DNA from: an uncultured delta proteobacterium
GTDB taxonomy: Bacteria; Desulfobacterota; Binatia; Binatales; Binataceae
Length of the DNA stretch: 64,000 bases
Direction of reading: 5' to 3'
Assembly (NCBI GenBank): GCA_963711565.1
Contig: CAVQEQ010000004.1
Coordinates: 800,001 to 864,000, forward strand
Shown here: piece after piece, positions 1 to 9,703 of the stretch
Numbering within the stretch: the first letter of the stretch is position 1
How the letters are laid out: each line of letters opens with the position of its first letter
Notes under the pieces: generated by a model
What the model was told of the DNA's origin: nothing
Seen by the model: the letters and a program-made list of their open reading frames with translations, nothing else
The model's database searches: none
Translations under genes and position numbers: made by a program

Positions 1-1
1 C

Positions 2-3000
2 GAGGACATTCCCGGCTGGCGGGTCCGCCGTTTTGCAGTGGTCGGCCATTTTGCCTTCGCGCGCCTCGTTATGTTCCAAGATCTCGAAGAAACACGTTGG
101 CCAGATGGCATCGGGATAATCGGCAATCCAGTTGTTGCCGAGCTCTTCGCCGGTCACGGCGCAGTCGGAGACGCTTTTTTCGCTGAAGACTACGAAGTTG
201 ACCAGCCTTCGATAGCGGCCAAGGTCCCGCTCCTGATTACTGACGCGGATTCTTCTCAGTTCAGCGCGATCGTCGATGTGATGGACGGCAAAAATCTTGC
301 GATTAAGGGACCACCCGGCACTGGAAAATCTCAGACGATCACAAACATCATCGCGGCAGCGCTCGCCAGCGCCAAGACGGTGTTGTTCGTAGCGGAAAAG
401 ATGGCCGCGCTCAACGTCGTGAAAGACCGACTCGAAAAGGCGGGACTCGGACATTTCTGCCTCGAACTCCATTCCACAAAGTCGCGGAAAACTGATCTTC
501 TGCAATCGTTAGAAAGACGATTGGACATACAAGGAAAAATGCGCGCGGAAGGTGAGTTGTCGGGCGCCCTGAAGGAGCTTGAACGCACGCGCGACCAATT
601 GTCCGATTATGCAGCAACGATCAACCGCTCCTTCGGCGCTTCTGGCAAAACGATACATGGAATCTTGTGGTCTGAGCAGCGAACACGTGACAGTCTCGAT
701 GGGCTTCCGGACGCGCTCAACGCTATCGAGCTTGTCGGCGCAAAAGACATGACGCGCCACGACCACGACGCCCTCGCTGACAAGCTGGAGGTTTTGGCCG
801 GAGCCTACGCGGAAGTCTCTGCGGCCGGCGATGTTGCAGATCATCCCTGGTACGGCATTCGTCAACCGCTCGACTATTTTGCGCGCGAACGTTTCGTGGA
901 GGACGTGAAGGGGCTCTCCGATGCACTGTGCCAGCTTGCCGGCACAGTTGAGGCGATAGCCACCAGCGTCGAATCCCCGGTCTCCGACACGGTAGGAGAC
1001 GCTCAAGACTTGGCGGAGGCGCTGAAGCGGCTGCCGGGCCCAGCAGCGGATATCGACCTTGAACTATACCCAGCAGTGCAAGATGAAAAATCATTCGCGT
1101 CACTGGAAGCATTCCAGAGGAATCAGACCGCGTGGCTGGACGCAGGGCGCCGAATTGCCGAATCCGTTCTTGATCTTGACGCGGTTGCGCACCGCATTAG
1201 CGAGCTGGAGACAGCAGCGTCGCTCGCAGGCCAGATCGATCTTGATGACAAGCTGGTCCGTTCGCTTCAAGAACAGGCTGTGACGTTTTCTGCAGAAGCC
1301 AGCCTAGTCGAGCGCACGAGCGCTTTCGGTATCCGCCTAGCCGAAGCGATCGGCATCGAGAAACCAACGACTGTTAGCCAAGTCCGAAAACTGCTGGCGT
1401 GCGCGAACCATGCCGCGTCGCTCGCATCCGACTTAAGGTCATTGCGCGAGCCCGGCCTTTTCGACGAGGCCGCATTGCACCTTCTTGCTGAAGGCGATGC
1501 TCGGGCCCGAGCGCTTCAAAGTAAGCTGACTTCGCTTTCAGGCCGGCTCGCCGTCGGACTAGATGGCCAAGCGCACGAGTGGCGCGGCCATGCCCAAGCA
1601 CTACGTGCAGCAACTTTCCCCTCTCGGCTCTGGCGAAAAGACGTGCGACTCGCGAAGCATCGCTACAAAGGGCTCATGCGTGTGCAGGCCAAGCCGAAAC
1701 TGTTTGATATCGCGAACGACTTTGAGGCCATCGCCGAATGCATCGAACTCTCCTTCAGCCTCAGTTCCGACGTTGGCCTCCAGGGGGTTTGTGGACGCCA
1801 CTTCCGCGGCCACGAGACACCATTTGACCGCCTTATCGCGGTCAACACCTATGCAATTTCTGTCAAGCGGACCTATGGCGCAGGCGACGCTATCGACAAT
1901 CGCATACGCGAGGCGCTTCTCCATTCAGCCCCCGATGATCTAACTCGGGTTGCTGCCCTCAGCGAAGATCCAGCGGCCGCTGTCGTCGCGCAGGCTCTCG
2001 ATACCTTCAGCGATCCGAGCGCTGACTTGGTCGAAAGTCTTAATACGCTGACCGTTCGTGCTGCGAAAACGGCGGAACTCGGCCGCCATGCGCAGTCTGT
2101 CGGCCTGAAACCAGACCTGCTGATCGGAGATATCAAAGCCGTTGCCCAAGCCGCTGCGGCACGGCTTGCAGCGGAGAACGCGATCGCCTCGAACCAAAGA
2201 GCGCGCGAACTCTTGGGCGCACGATGGCACGGACCACAAAGTGATCGGACCCTGGTTTTGCAAGTTCTCCAAGCAGCATCCGACGTGGATCAGGCGATGT
2301 TACCTTCCACGGTAAGGCGATACCTTTACCATGCAGAGCGCGACACCCGCATTGCGCAGCTCAAGATTCTGCAAGCAAAGATGGATGAAGCTTTAGGTGC
2401 GCTCCAAGAAAACTGGCGGAACGCAACCCAACGAGGAAACATAGACGAGATAGCTTTCTTCGGCTCCTCAATTCGCGACCTCGCGATTGGTAAAGGTACT
2501 ACACGCATCGCGCGAGCGCTCGATGCGCCTGACCAACTAGTGGCCTGGACGGCGTGGCTGGTCGCGCGCCAAGACTGCTTTGAGAATGGGCTCGGCGGCA
2601 TCATCGAAGCGTTCGCGAGCCAACCGCTTGCCTCGCCCCGCCTATCGGCGGCTTTGGACCGCGTCTTTTGGCGCACGCTGGCCCGCGCGGCGCTCGCGGA
2701 ACATCCGGTTCTAGCTCGCTTTCGCGGCCTCCAACTCGAAAATGCGAGAGAACGATTTCGTCGCCTCGACGAGGAAATCATCCAACTGCAGCGGAAATCA
2801 CTTGCCGCTGAGCTCTGTCGTCGGCCCATCGATCAAGGCTACAAGGGCGACTACCGCAGATACGATACTGGTCGCGTTTTAATAAATCACGAAATCGGGA
2901 AACAGAAGCGCCACATACCAGTGCGCGAATTGCTGGACCGGGCTGGTCGTGCGATCCAGCAGATGAAACCCTGTTTCATGATGTCACCGCTTTCGGTTGC

Positions 3001-4264
3001 GCAGTTTTTGAAACCAAGAGGGCTTAGCTTCGACCTCGTGCTCATAGACGAGGCCTCACAGATGCGTCCCGAAGAGGCTCTCGGTGCTCTAGCTCGCGGC
3101 GGACAACTGGTGGTCGTCGGGGATCCCATGCAATTGCCGCCAACTTCCTTTTTCGATCGGGGTGACCGCCTTGTTGAAGACGAAATTGACGAAGAGGAAA
3201 TAGTCGACAACGAGTCGATTCTGGATTTAGCGCTGGCGGAGTTCCGGCCGTCACGTTCATTGCGCTGGCATTACCGGTCGCGCCACGAGAGTCTGATCGC
3301 TTTTTCGAATCGGCAGTTTTACAACGACCTGATCGTTTTTCCGTCACCGCTTGACCCGGACCGCGACAAGAGAGATCCGAGACTCGGAGTTTATCATCAC
3401 TTTGTAGCAGGCAAGTACAAAGGTCGCGTCAACATCGAAGAAGCGCAGCACGTTGCTGAGGCCGCGACTGCGTTCATGGCCGCCGAACCTGACAAGTCTC
3501 TCGGGATCGTTACGCTGAACCAAACCCAGCGTGACGTATTGCTCGAGGAGCTGGAGCGGCTCGTGCCGCGCGAGCGATCGGCGCAAAAATATATCGAGCG
3601 TTGGGAAGACACGCTGGAACCTTTCTTTGTGAAGAACCTTGAGAATGTGCAAGGCGACGAGCGCGACGTCATATTCATTTCGACCGCCTACGGCCCAGAC
3701 GCAGTAACCGGTGTGGTAATGAACCGGTTCGGCCCCATAAATGGAAAACACGGGCATCGGCGCTTGAATGTACTGTTCACGCGCGCGAAGGACCGCGTCG
3801 AAGTCTTCACTTCAATGCGGCCGAGCGACATCAGAACAGACGAGGCCTCCCAGCTTGGCGCGCGTACGCTCAAGGCATATCTGGAATACGCCGAGACCGG
3901 CAAACTCGATGCCGGAGCGACCAGTGGACGCGAGCCCGATTCCGAGTTCGAGGAACTCGTGAGGGACCGATTGCAGGAGAAAGGTTTCGAAGTCGTCCCA
4001 CAGGTTGGAGTAGCAGGCTATTTCATCGATCTGGCGGTTAAGCATCCAAAGCGTAGCGGCTTCGTCCTCGGAATCGAGTGCGATGGCGCTGGCTATCACT
4101 CAAGCCGCTCCGCTCGCGACCGGGACCGGCTCCGTCAGCAAGTATTGGAACGGCTGCAGTGGAATATCTACCGGGTTTGGTCAACCGACTGGTTTCAGAA
4201 TCCAGCTCAAGAGTTTCGCAAACTACTGACCCATTTGGATCGTCTCGTTAGCGAGATAGCCTGA
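2..4264 (+). CDS. Large SF1 (DNA2/NAM7-like) helicase with C-terminal Vsr/REase-like nuclease domain; DUF4011/Hhe-type defence protein, 5'-truncated by the window
   Basis: Frame is open from base 2. Motifs GPPGTGKSQT, DEASQ, VGDPMQLPP, LRWHYRSRHESLIAFSN, NVQGDERD, RRLNVLFTRA. C-terminal FIDLAV..GIECDG..YH..ARDRDRLRQ..W..YRVWSTDW. Confidence 0.9.
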   Translation, partial: EDIPGWRVRRFAVVGHFAFARLVMFQDLEETRWPDGIGIIGNPVVAELFAGHGAVGDAFFAEDYEVDQPSIAAKVPLLITDADSSQFSAIVDVMDGKNLAIKGPPGTGKSQTITNIIAAALASAKTVLFVAEKMAALNVVKDRLEKAGLGHFCLELHSTKSRKTDLLQSLERRLDIQGKMRAEGELSGALKELERTRDQLSDYAATINRSFGASGKTIHGILWSEQRTRDSLDGLPDALNAIELVGAKDMTRHDHDALADKLEVLAGAYAEVSAAGDVADHPWYGIRQPLDYFARERFVEDVKGLSDALCQLAGTVEAIATSVESPVSDTVGDAQDLAEALKRLPGPAADIDLELYPAVQDEKSFASLEAFQRNQTAWLDAGRRIAESVLDLDAVAHRISELETAASLAGQIDLDDKLVRSLQEQAVTFSAEASLVERTSAFGIRLAEAIGIEKPTTVSQVRKLLACANHAASLASDLRSLREPGLFDEAALHLLAEGDARARALQSKLTSLSGRLAVGLDGQAHEWRGHAQALRAATFPSRLWRKDVRLAKHRYKGLMRVQAKPKLFDIANDFEAIAECIELSFSLSSDVGLQGVCGRHFRGHETPFDRLIAVNTYAISVKRTYGAGDAIDNRIREALLHSAPDDLTRVAALSEDPAAAVVAQALDTFSDPSADLVESLNTLTVRAAKTAELGRHAQSVGLKPDLLIGDIKAVAQAAAARLAAENAIASNQRARELLGARWHGPQSDRTLVLQVLQAASDVDQAMLPSTVRRYLYHAERDTRIAQLKILQAKMDEALGALQENWRNATQRGNIDEIAFFGSSIRDLAIGKGTTRIARALDAPDQLVAWTAWLVARQDCFENGLGGIIEAFASQPLASPRLSAALDRVFWRTLARAALAEHPVLARFRGLQLENARERFRRLDEEIIQLQRKSLAAELCRRPIDQGYKGDYRRYDTGRVLINHEIGKQKRHIPVRELLDRAGRAIQQMKPCFMMSPLSVAQFLKPRGLSFDLVLIDEASQMRPEEALGALARGGQLVVVGDPMQLPPTSFFDRGDRLVEDEIDEEEIVDNESILDLALAEFRPSRSLRWHYRSRHESLIAFSNRQFYNDLIVFPSPLDPDRDKRDPRLGVYHHFVAGKYKGRVNIEEAQHVAEAATAFMAAEPDKSLGIVTLNQTQRDVLLEELERLVPRERSAQKYIERWEDTLEPFFVKNLENVQGDERDVIFISTAYGPDAVTGVVMNRFGPINGKHGHRRLNVLFTRAKDRVEVFTSMRPSDIRTDEASQLGARTLKAYLEYAETGKLDAGATSGREPDSEFEELVRDRLQEKGFEVVPQVGVAGYFIDLAVKHPKRSGFVLGIECDGAGYHSSRSARDRDRLRQQVLERLQWNIYRVWSTDWFQNPAQEFRKLLTHLDRLVSEIA

Positions 4265-4335
4265 ACCTCGATACCGCCCACGCCTCCGCTAAAAAAGCTT
4301 TCTGAAGAAAATCGGAGCATGCACTCTCTTGCGAA

Positions 4336-4680
4336 CTACAAGAGTTCGCGGATTTCCAGAAAGCGAGCCTTCGCCTCCGGCCAGGTCGGGTACGGTCCAT
4401 AACAAAGCAGTCGACACTGCGCTTCGTACTCTGCACCAATAACCTCTTCCAACTCCGAGGGCGGAGAGAGCACATCGCTCCGCGCGAAGCTCTTTTGTCC
4501 GGAGGAAAGTAGCCTTCCGCGAAGTGAGTTCGGCTGACCAAGTCGTAGTCCTTCTTGATGCTTGCGACTGATCAGACTTGAGCATTGCGAGCACTTCTGG
4601 CTTGTCCGATAGCTGATAGAGATCGTAGTAGTGACGGGCATAGCTGCCGAGCCCTCTGTATGGACCAGCCAGCTCGCAAA
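4336..4680 (-). pseudogene. 3' fragment of an AbiEii-family nucleotidyltransferase, frameshifted
   Basis: GSYARHYYDLYQL in one frame, then LVSRTHFAEGYFPP and EYEAQCRLLCYGPYPTW in two other frames. No N-terminal half and no AbiEi partner. Confidence 0.6.
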
Positions 4681-5146
4681 CCGCAGCGCGTAGTCGGCGT
4701 TCCTGTGCACATCCGCGTCTGCGTCGATCAATGCCCGGACCTTGCTCGGCATGGCCCAGATGGCTCTCAGTCATCAGCTCAAAATCAAGCTCGAAATATG
4801 TCCATGGACTTTTTGATTTGGTGCGATCCGTTTCAGTTGAAGGCGCTGAAAGCTGCACCAGCTTTGACCGGATCGTCAAGATGATTCCACATACGCACCA
4901 AACGTAAAGGGAGCGCCTGTCCCGAGCTGAAAAGGCGTCACTTCGTGGCAGTTACCCTCCATAAACCACTGCCAACTTGGCGGGCCACTAGACGTTTCTG
5001 GACACGCAGTTTGCGTCCATCGTCTGTCTGTCATTATGAGCGTTGCTCGCTTAGAATGCCGCTGCCCACCCCGAGGGGGGAGAGAGTGGCGCGTTTCGGT
5101 CGTCTCAGCGCTGAGGTCCAGCGGTTTCGAACAAGGGAGGTATTGT

Positions 5147-6364
5147 ATGCGGCGCACTCTACCGGTGTTGTGTATCATCGTAGACTTGCTCTTTCCACTC
5201 GGTGCGCACGGCCAGCCGACCCCCGCACCGAGGCTTCTCACAGTTGTGCTTTATCCCTTCATCCCCGAATACCCCACTGTTCAAGCCGAATTGAAGAAGG
5301 GGTTTGAAGCACAGCACCCGGACATCGCTGTTAATTTCCCTGATCTAACCTCCAACTATTACGATTCGACGAAGGCCAATTATATTGGCGCCACCTCGGC
5401 CGACGTTTACGAACTGGACTCGGTATTTCTCAAGGACTTTGTGAAGAAGGGACTAATCAAACCTTGGCCGCCCAATGTTCTCTTGCCGGAAGACCAACTC
5501 GTCAAAAACGCAGTCGCAGGTTCAAAAGTGAATGGCATTCGCTACGGGGCGGCTCATTGGCTGTGCGGGAATTTCTTATTTTTCAAGAAGGCAGACGCCG
5601 CGTTTGCTGGTGTGACGCGGTTGAGCGATTTGGAGAAGTTGATCGGCGTCTCTAATCGTCCGGCCGGCCGCGGACTCGCTGTTGATATGAAGGGCAAGAG
5701 CACTCTAGGTGAATTCGACCTCGAAACCGCCTTCGATCATTACGGAGATTGGCAGAAGGCGCATCAGCACTTGAACTCTATCGATCCGATCCTCGAATAC
5801 GACCTGGTTCGCCTTATCGACCTTTGCGATCCGGGGATGTGCAGAAACGGTGATTATCATAGCAACGATCCCGACATTTACGCGAGATTGTTCGATGATC
5901 AGAAGGCTCGCGTTTTACTGGGGTACTCGGAAGGACTCCACCCTGCTTTGGTTGAAAGCGCCCAATGTAAGCCGGGGATCCAGTGCCTCAAGGACGGCGA
6001 TATCGATGTGGTTGGATTTCCATCGGATGATAACGGCCGACACCAGATGTCATGGGTAGACTCTTATGTTCTCGATCGCGGCTCTGATCGACAGCGAACA
6101 GCCGATGCCGCCGCATTTGTGCAATATATGCAGTCAGACGAAGTCTACAAGATGATTCTGCTACACAGCGGACTCGCTCCAGCTTATCTGTTGCCGGCTA
6201 AGGCGTTACTGTATCAGGATCCCGAAGTTATCCAGGCAGCTCACCTCTATCCCCAACTCAAGACTTTAATCGAAGACGCCGAGGTTCCGTCTGAAGTTGG
6301 ACTGAACGACGAGCTAAGAGCTCGAGGTATGCAACTCGATCGCCAATTATCCTGCAACCCGTAG
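5147..6364 (+). CDS. Thiaminase I (thiamine pyridinylase, BcmE-like), probably secreted
   Basis: GGGAGG RBS at 5135-5140 and signal-peptide-like N-terminus. Colinear motifs LTVVLYPFIP, DVYELDSVFL, YGAAHWLCGNFLFF (catalytic Cys), LLGYSE (catalytic Glu) and PAYLLPAK match recalled Paenibacillus thiaminase I motifs. Confidence 0.85.
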   Translation: MRRTLPVLCIIVDLLFPLGAHGQPTPAPRLLTVVLYPFIPEYPTVQAELKKGFEAQHPDIAVNFPDLTSNYYDSTKANYIGATSADVYELDSVFLKDFVKKGLIKPWPPNVLLPEDQLVKNAVAGSKVNGIRYGAAHWLCGNFLFFKKADAAFAGVTRLSDLEKLIGVSNRPAGRGLAVDMKGKSTLGEFDLETAFDHYGDWQKAHQHLNSIDPILEYDLVRLIDLCDPGMCRNGDYHSNDPDIYARLFDDQKARVLLGYSEGLHPALVESAQCKPGIQCLKDGDIDVVGFPSDDNGRHQMSWVDSYVLDRGSDRQRTADAAAFVQYMQSDEVYKMILLHSGLAPAYLLPAKALLYQDPEVIQAAHLYPQLKTLIEDAEVPSEVGLNDELRARGMQLDRQLSCNP

Positions 6365-6501
6365 AACTAACAGATTCGCGCTCTTATAAAGAATCTCGGG
6401 GGATCATCAGCCTGAAACCGAGGTAAGACTGATCGTCACAGCGCGTAGCGCCGCAATAAGGCCCGATGGCAGAGGCCTCGTTGACTCGAAAGGAAAATCG
6501 G

Positions 6502-6969
6502 ATGAGCGAAGAAATGCATATGAGCACGCCGGAACTTAACACTCGCTGGATTGCAGACCGATTGTCGCCATGGATTCAGTGGTCTCGGCGAAGCGAGTTC
6601 AGCCCGCTCGGTTGGATGCTCCCGGGCGTTTACCTCCTTGCGCACCTCGAGTCTTTGCCGGACACCGTTGATCCGACTGACGAGAGAATCATCTACATCG
6701 GCGAGACTCACGCCCTCGACCAAGCTCTGAAATTCCGCTGGCAGGCATTTCACCAAGGAGCCTTCAAACTCGGAAATGGACCTCATGCCGGAGGTAACAC
6801 ATATCATAAGACGTTCGGCGCCTCCCGCGAGAAGGAACTTTGCGTGAGCGCGCTAGCATTGAAACTCGATCCGCCTTTGCGTTCTGCATTCATCCTAGCT
6901 GCGGAGCGCCTGCTGATTTGGCAGTTTGTCCTGAAACATGGTCGTCTGCCTAGGTGCAACAAGGAATAG
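6502..6969 (+). CDS. Stand-alone GIY-YIG nuclease-like protein (start uncertain, 6466-6520)
   Basis: PGVYLL...IIYIGET..LKFRW pattern, with a downstream conserved Glu (AAERLLI). Confidence 0.65.
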   Translation: MSEEMHMSTPELNTRWIADRLSPWIQWSRRSEFSPLGWMLPGVYLLAHLESLPDTVDPTDERIIYIGETHALDQALKFRWQAFHQGAFKLGNGPHAGGNTYHKTFGASREKELCVSALALKLDPPLRSAFILAAERLLIWQFVLKHGRLPRCNKE

Positions 6970-6996
6970 CCGACCAGAACACGACTCCGAACGAGC

Positions 6997-7968
6997 CTAC
7001 GAAATTACGCCCAGGTCGAAGGGCGCACCCCAGATGGCATCGAGATTGCCGGCCTTGGACCAAAGGGTTTTAATGTCAGACGCGCTCCGCCACAAGCTTG
7101 AATTGTCGCTCGGGCAGGCGAGCATTCGTCGATAGATCTCGCGGCAAAGCGCCTCGGCTTGGTGAAGCCTCGCGACCACTGTCTTCTCAGGAACGGTCCC
7201 TGAAATGTGCGCCTCCTTCCAGTGCTCATGATGTTCGAATTTGTTTCGCAACCTGTACATCTCTTTGAGCGTTGCAACAGTTTCTGTGCCTCCGGAATCG
7301 GTCACGAGTCTTTTCCCATATGAAGCAAACTTATCTGCGCCAAACGCATCGGACGGCAGAAAAGACTCGATCGCCCTCACGAACTGATGCATCCGCACGT
7401 CGTATCTATCGGTGCGAGTCCGGCAGCCGTCCAGGAATGCGCTCAGACCGGAAATGAAACGCCAATAGGCCAGATCCTTTTTCGAGTTCTCTATGTGATC
7501 CTGTCTCACTCGCTCGAGGCGGTCGGCAAACCGGCTCGCGGACCGGAAATTCTCCAACGTCAGAGGCGACGGAGGCCGCCCGCCTTCGCGATGCATCTTG
7601 GGAAAGAATGTCTGCTGCTCGTCCATTGCTGCGCTGATCCGGCCGCCGAGATGAGCTCCCGCGAGACGATAAGCTTTCGTGTATCCGACGCCTCCCGAGA
7701 CAACGAGGCCGTAAAAGAGATTTTCGACGCGCTGTGGAAGCGATTCGTTTTCCGGCTCGGCGTGTGTCATCGGCAGAGGAGCCCGTCGCGTTGCAAAGAG
7801 CACGAAGCTTGTTCGTCCGAGCCGCTCTCGTTCCTGCGGTCCCAACTCTGCACACACGTCCGGATCGACCGGCAGGTGCCAAGATGCCCAAGAGGAGCGA
7901 CCGAGGTCCAGGCTTGCAGGGCCGAATTCCTTAACGCGCGGCATCGGAAATAGTGCCTCGAATGCCAA
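6997..7968 (-). CDS. HEPN-domain (ApeA-like) putative RNase; N-terminus possibly disrupted
   Basis: RxxxxH motif MYRLRNKFEH, preceded by RMHQFVRAIESF. 323-aa ORF with TTG start. Confidence 0.65.
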   Translation of the reverse strand: MAFEALFPMPRVKEFGPASLDLGRSSWASWHLPVDPDVCAELGPQERERLGRTSFVLFATRRAPLPMTHAEPENESLPQRVENLFYGLVVSGGVGYTKAYRLAGAHLGGRISAAMDEQQTFFPKMHREGGRPPSPLTLENFRSASRFADRLERVRQDHIENSKKDLAYWRFISGLSAFLDGCRTRTDRYDVRMHQFVRAIESFLPSDAFGADKFASYGKRLVTDSGGTETVATLKEMYRLRNKFEHHEHWKEAHISGTVPEKTVVARLHQAEALCREIYRRMLACPSDNSSLWRSASDIKTLWSKAGNLDAIWGAPFDLGVIS

Positions 7969-8054
7969 GCAGGCAAACCTGTCGCCGGCGCCGAGTGGAG
8001 AACTTGCCGATTCAGATACAGTTTTTCATGTGAACATTTTAGCGCGACTGTTCC

Positions 8055-8119
8055 TTCCAGCCTCCCCTATGGGGCCGCTTGGCTTGTGAGGCCCCATAGC
8101 GGAGGCCACACAACTGGAA
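8055..8119 (+). promoter_or_regulatory. Strong hairpin leader upstream of the methylase pseudogene
   Basis: GCCTCCCCTATGGGGCC...GGCCCCATAGCGGAGGC, extended by TTCCAG/CTGGAA, ending 11 nt before ATG 8131. Confidence 0.5.
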
Positions 8120-8130
8120 AAGAAAACCAG

Positions 8131-8790
8131 ATGATAGCCCCGAATCGAACCGACCATTCACTCGACACCGTCCTGCACGGCGACTGCGTCTCGCTCATGA
8201 GCGGCCTAAACGCCGAGAGCATTGACTTCATTCTCACCGATCCGCCGTATCTCGTAGACTATTGCTCACGCGACGGCCGCCGCGTCATCAACGACGACAA
8301 TGACGCATGGCTCGCACCCGCTTTCGCCGAGATGTTCCGTCTTCTTAAAGACGGTACATTCTGCCTCAGCTTCTAGGGCTGGAACAAAGCCGATGTCTTC
8401 ATCTTCGCCTGCCGGGCCGCGGGCTTCGCGCTCGCCGGCAACTCGTCTTTCGTAAGCGCTACAGTTCTTCTTCAGTTCGACTCCTCCGTTGCCAGAACGA
8501 GCAAGCCTATCTGCTTTGCAAGGGGCAGTTGCCGCATCTCATCACCGATTTCCGATGTCATCGATTTTCCGTACGCGGGAAACACGCTGCACTCCCACGC
8601 AAAAGCCGACCGCGGCTTTAGAGCCGCTGATCTGCGCGTTCTGCTCCTTGGACGGGGTCGTCCTCGGTCCATTCTCCGGCTCAGCCTTCACTCTGGTCTC
8701 CGCTCAGAAGGCGGTCGGCGCTACATCGGGATCGAGCTGAACCGGGCGCGCTATATGACGGCTTGCCTTCGCCCCAACCAGTCCGACCCC
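8131..8790 (+). pseudogene. N6/N4 DNA methyltransferase (plasmid/ICE leading-region type), inactivated
   Basis: GDCVSLM, DFILTDPPY, in-frame TAG at 8374-8376 (F*GWN), then frameshifted H-PTQKP, PFSGS and RYIGIEL. Confidence 0.85.
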
Positions 8791-8830
8791 TTACCTCCGA
8801 GATTCCGCGCTATGACTAAGAGCCTTTCCG
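8562..8830 (+). repeat. Direct repeat copy 1 (~270 bp; 3' end of the methylase)
   Basis: Aligns by eye with 10258-10513, including a long exact stretch CGGGAAACACGCTGCACTCCCACGCAAAAGCCGACCGCGGCTTTAGAGCCGCTGATC. Confidence 0.9.
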
Positions 8831-8974
8831 CTGATGCCCCGTCTCAAAATTGTGTGCGCACCTTGTCTGCTCCGCTATGGCGAAAGACTCGCTCGCTGTA
8901 CTAAAAGATATCCGGCTGACTGAGTCTGTTGAATTGCCACCGCGCAAGACGATGGTAAATTGGTTGATCACTTT

Positions 8975-9703
8975 ATGAAGATAAAGACCGCGATAAAATC
9001 AGCGTGGACGTACTGCGACCAAACAGTCAGAGCTAGCTTCCGACTAACATTCACCAAGGCAAACGTGAAAGCATTAGTCGCCATCGGCTGCTTCGTTTTC
9101 GTTATAGTCACAACGGCGTACCTTCTGATCAAATGCGTGTGGAATCTTTGGTCAAATGTGGTAACGGACCAAGAATTTCTTATATTCAGCGTGCTTGCGA
9201 GCGGCTTTATCATTTTTCTATGTTCTTGTTCAGAACTCGCTATAGCGAATACCACCGATACGGAGATAGAAAAATGGAATGAAAAGAACCCGAACCATCC
9301 GAGATGGAAGGACTATCTCCGAATAGTCAAGGAGCAAAAAGCCCTTCTGAATATTACAGTCATTTTGGCGAATGCCATAGCAGCGATTGCTATGACGGAA
9401 CTAGTAGTCAAATCGCTGAATCAGCAAGACGATTTTCTTGTAAGCTTTCACGCACCGCTTGTTGGATGGACGCTCTTCACTCTAAAGGCGCCAGATGCGT
9501 TCACTACTATCGGAGCAACGGTAATACTATTTGGAGCGGCTGAATTATTACCGAAACAGATTGCTATGAGGATGAAGGTGAGAGCTACTATAAGGCTGTG
9601 TTGTTGGATAGTGCCACTTGGAATCGTGTTCTTTCCTGTTGCTTACGGCGTGATTGGGCCTCTACGACTGCTTGGGTTTAAGGACGAGGAGATCGGGAGT
9701 TAG
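8975..9703 (+). CDS. DUF21/CNNM transmembrane-domain-only protein (no CBS pair)
   Basis: FLCSCSELAI, ITVILANAIA, ILFGAAELLPKQIA motifs. Several TM helices. Ends right after the TM domain. AT-rich. Confidence 0.7.
   Translation: MKIKTAIKSAWTYCDQTVRASFRLTFTKANVKALVAIGCFVFVIVTTAYLLIKCVWNLWSNVVTDQEFLIFSVLASGFIIFLCSCSELAIANTTDTEIEKWNEKNPNHPRWKDYLRIVKEQKALLNITVILANAIAAIAMTELVVKSLNQQDDFLVSFHAPLVGWTLFTLKAPDAFTTIGATVILFGAAELLPKQIAMRMKVRATIRLCCWIVPLGIVFFPVAYGVIGPLRLLGFKDEEIGS

Noticed and set aside
4680-5030. Several short ORFs between the AbiEii relic and thiaminase
   Set aside because: No recognisable motifs or starts. Probably decayed sequence.
4880-5146. TPP riboswitch upstream of thiaminase I
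   Set aside because: Only a CTGAG is present; the GAACCTGA...AGCG.AGG core could not be found. An Infernal RF00059 scan would settle it.
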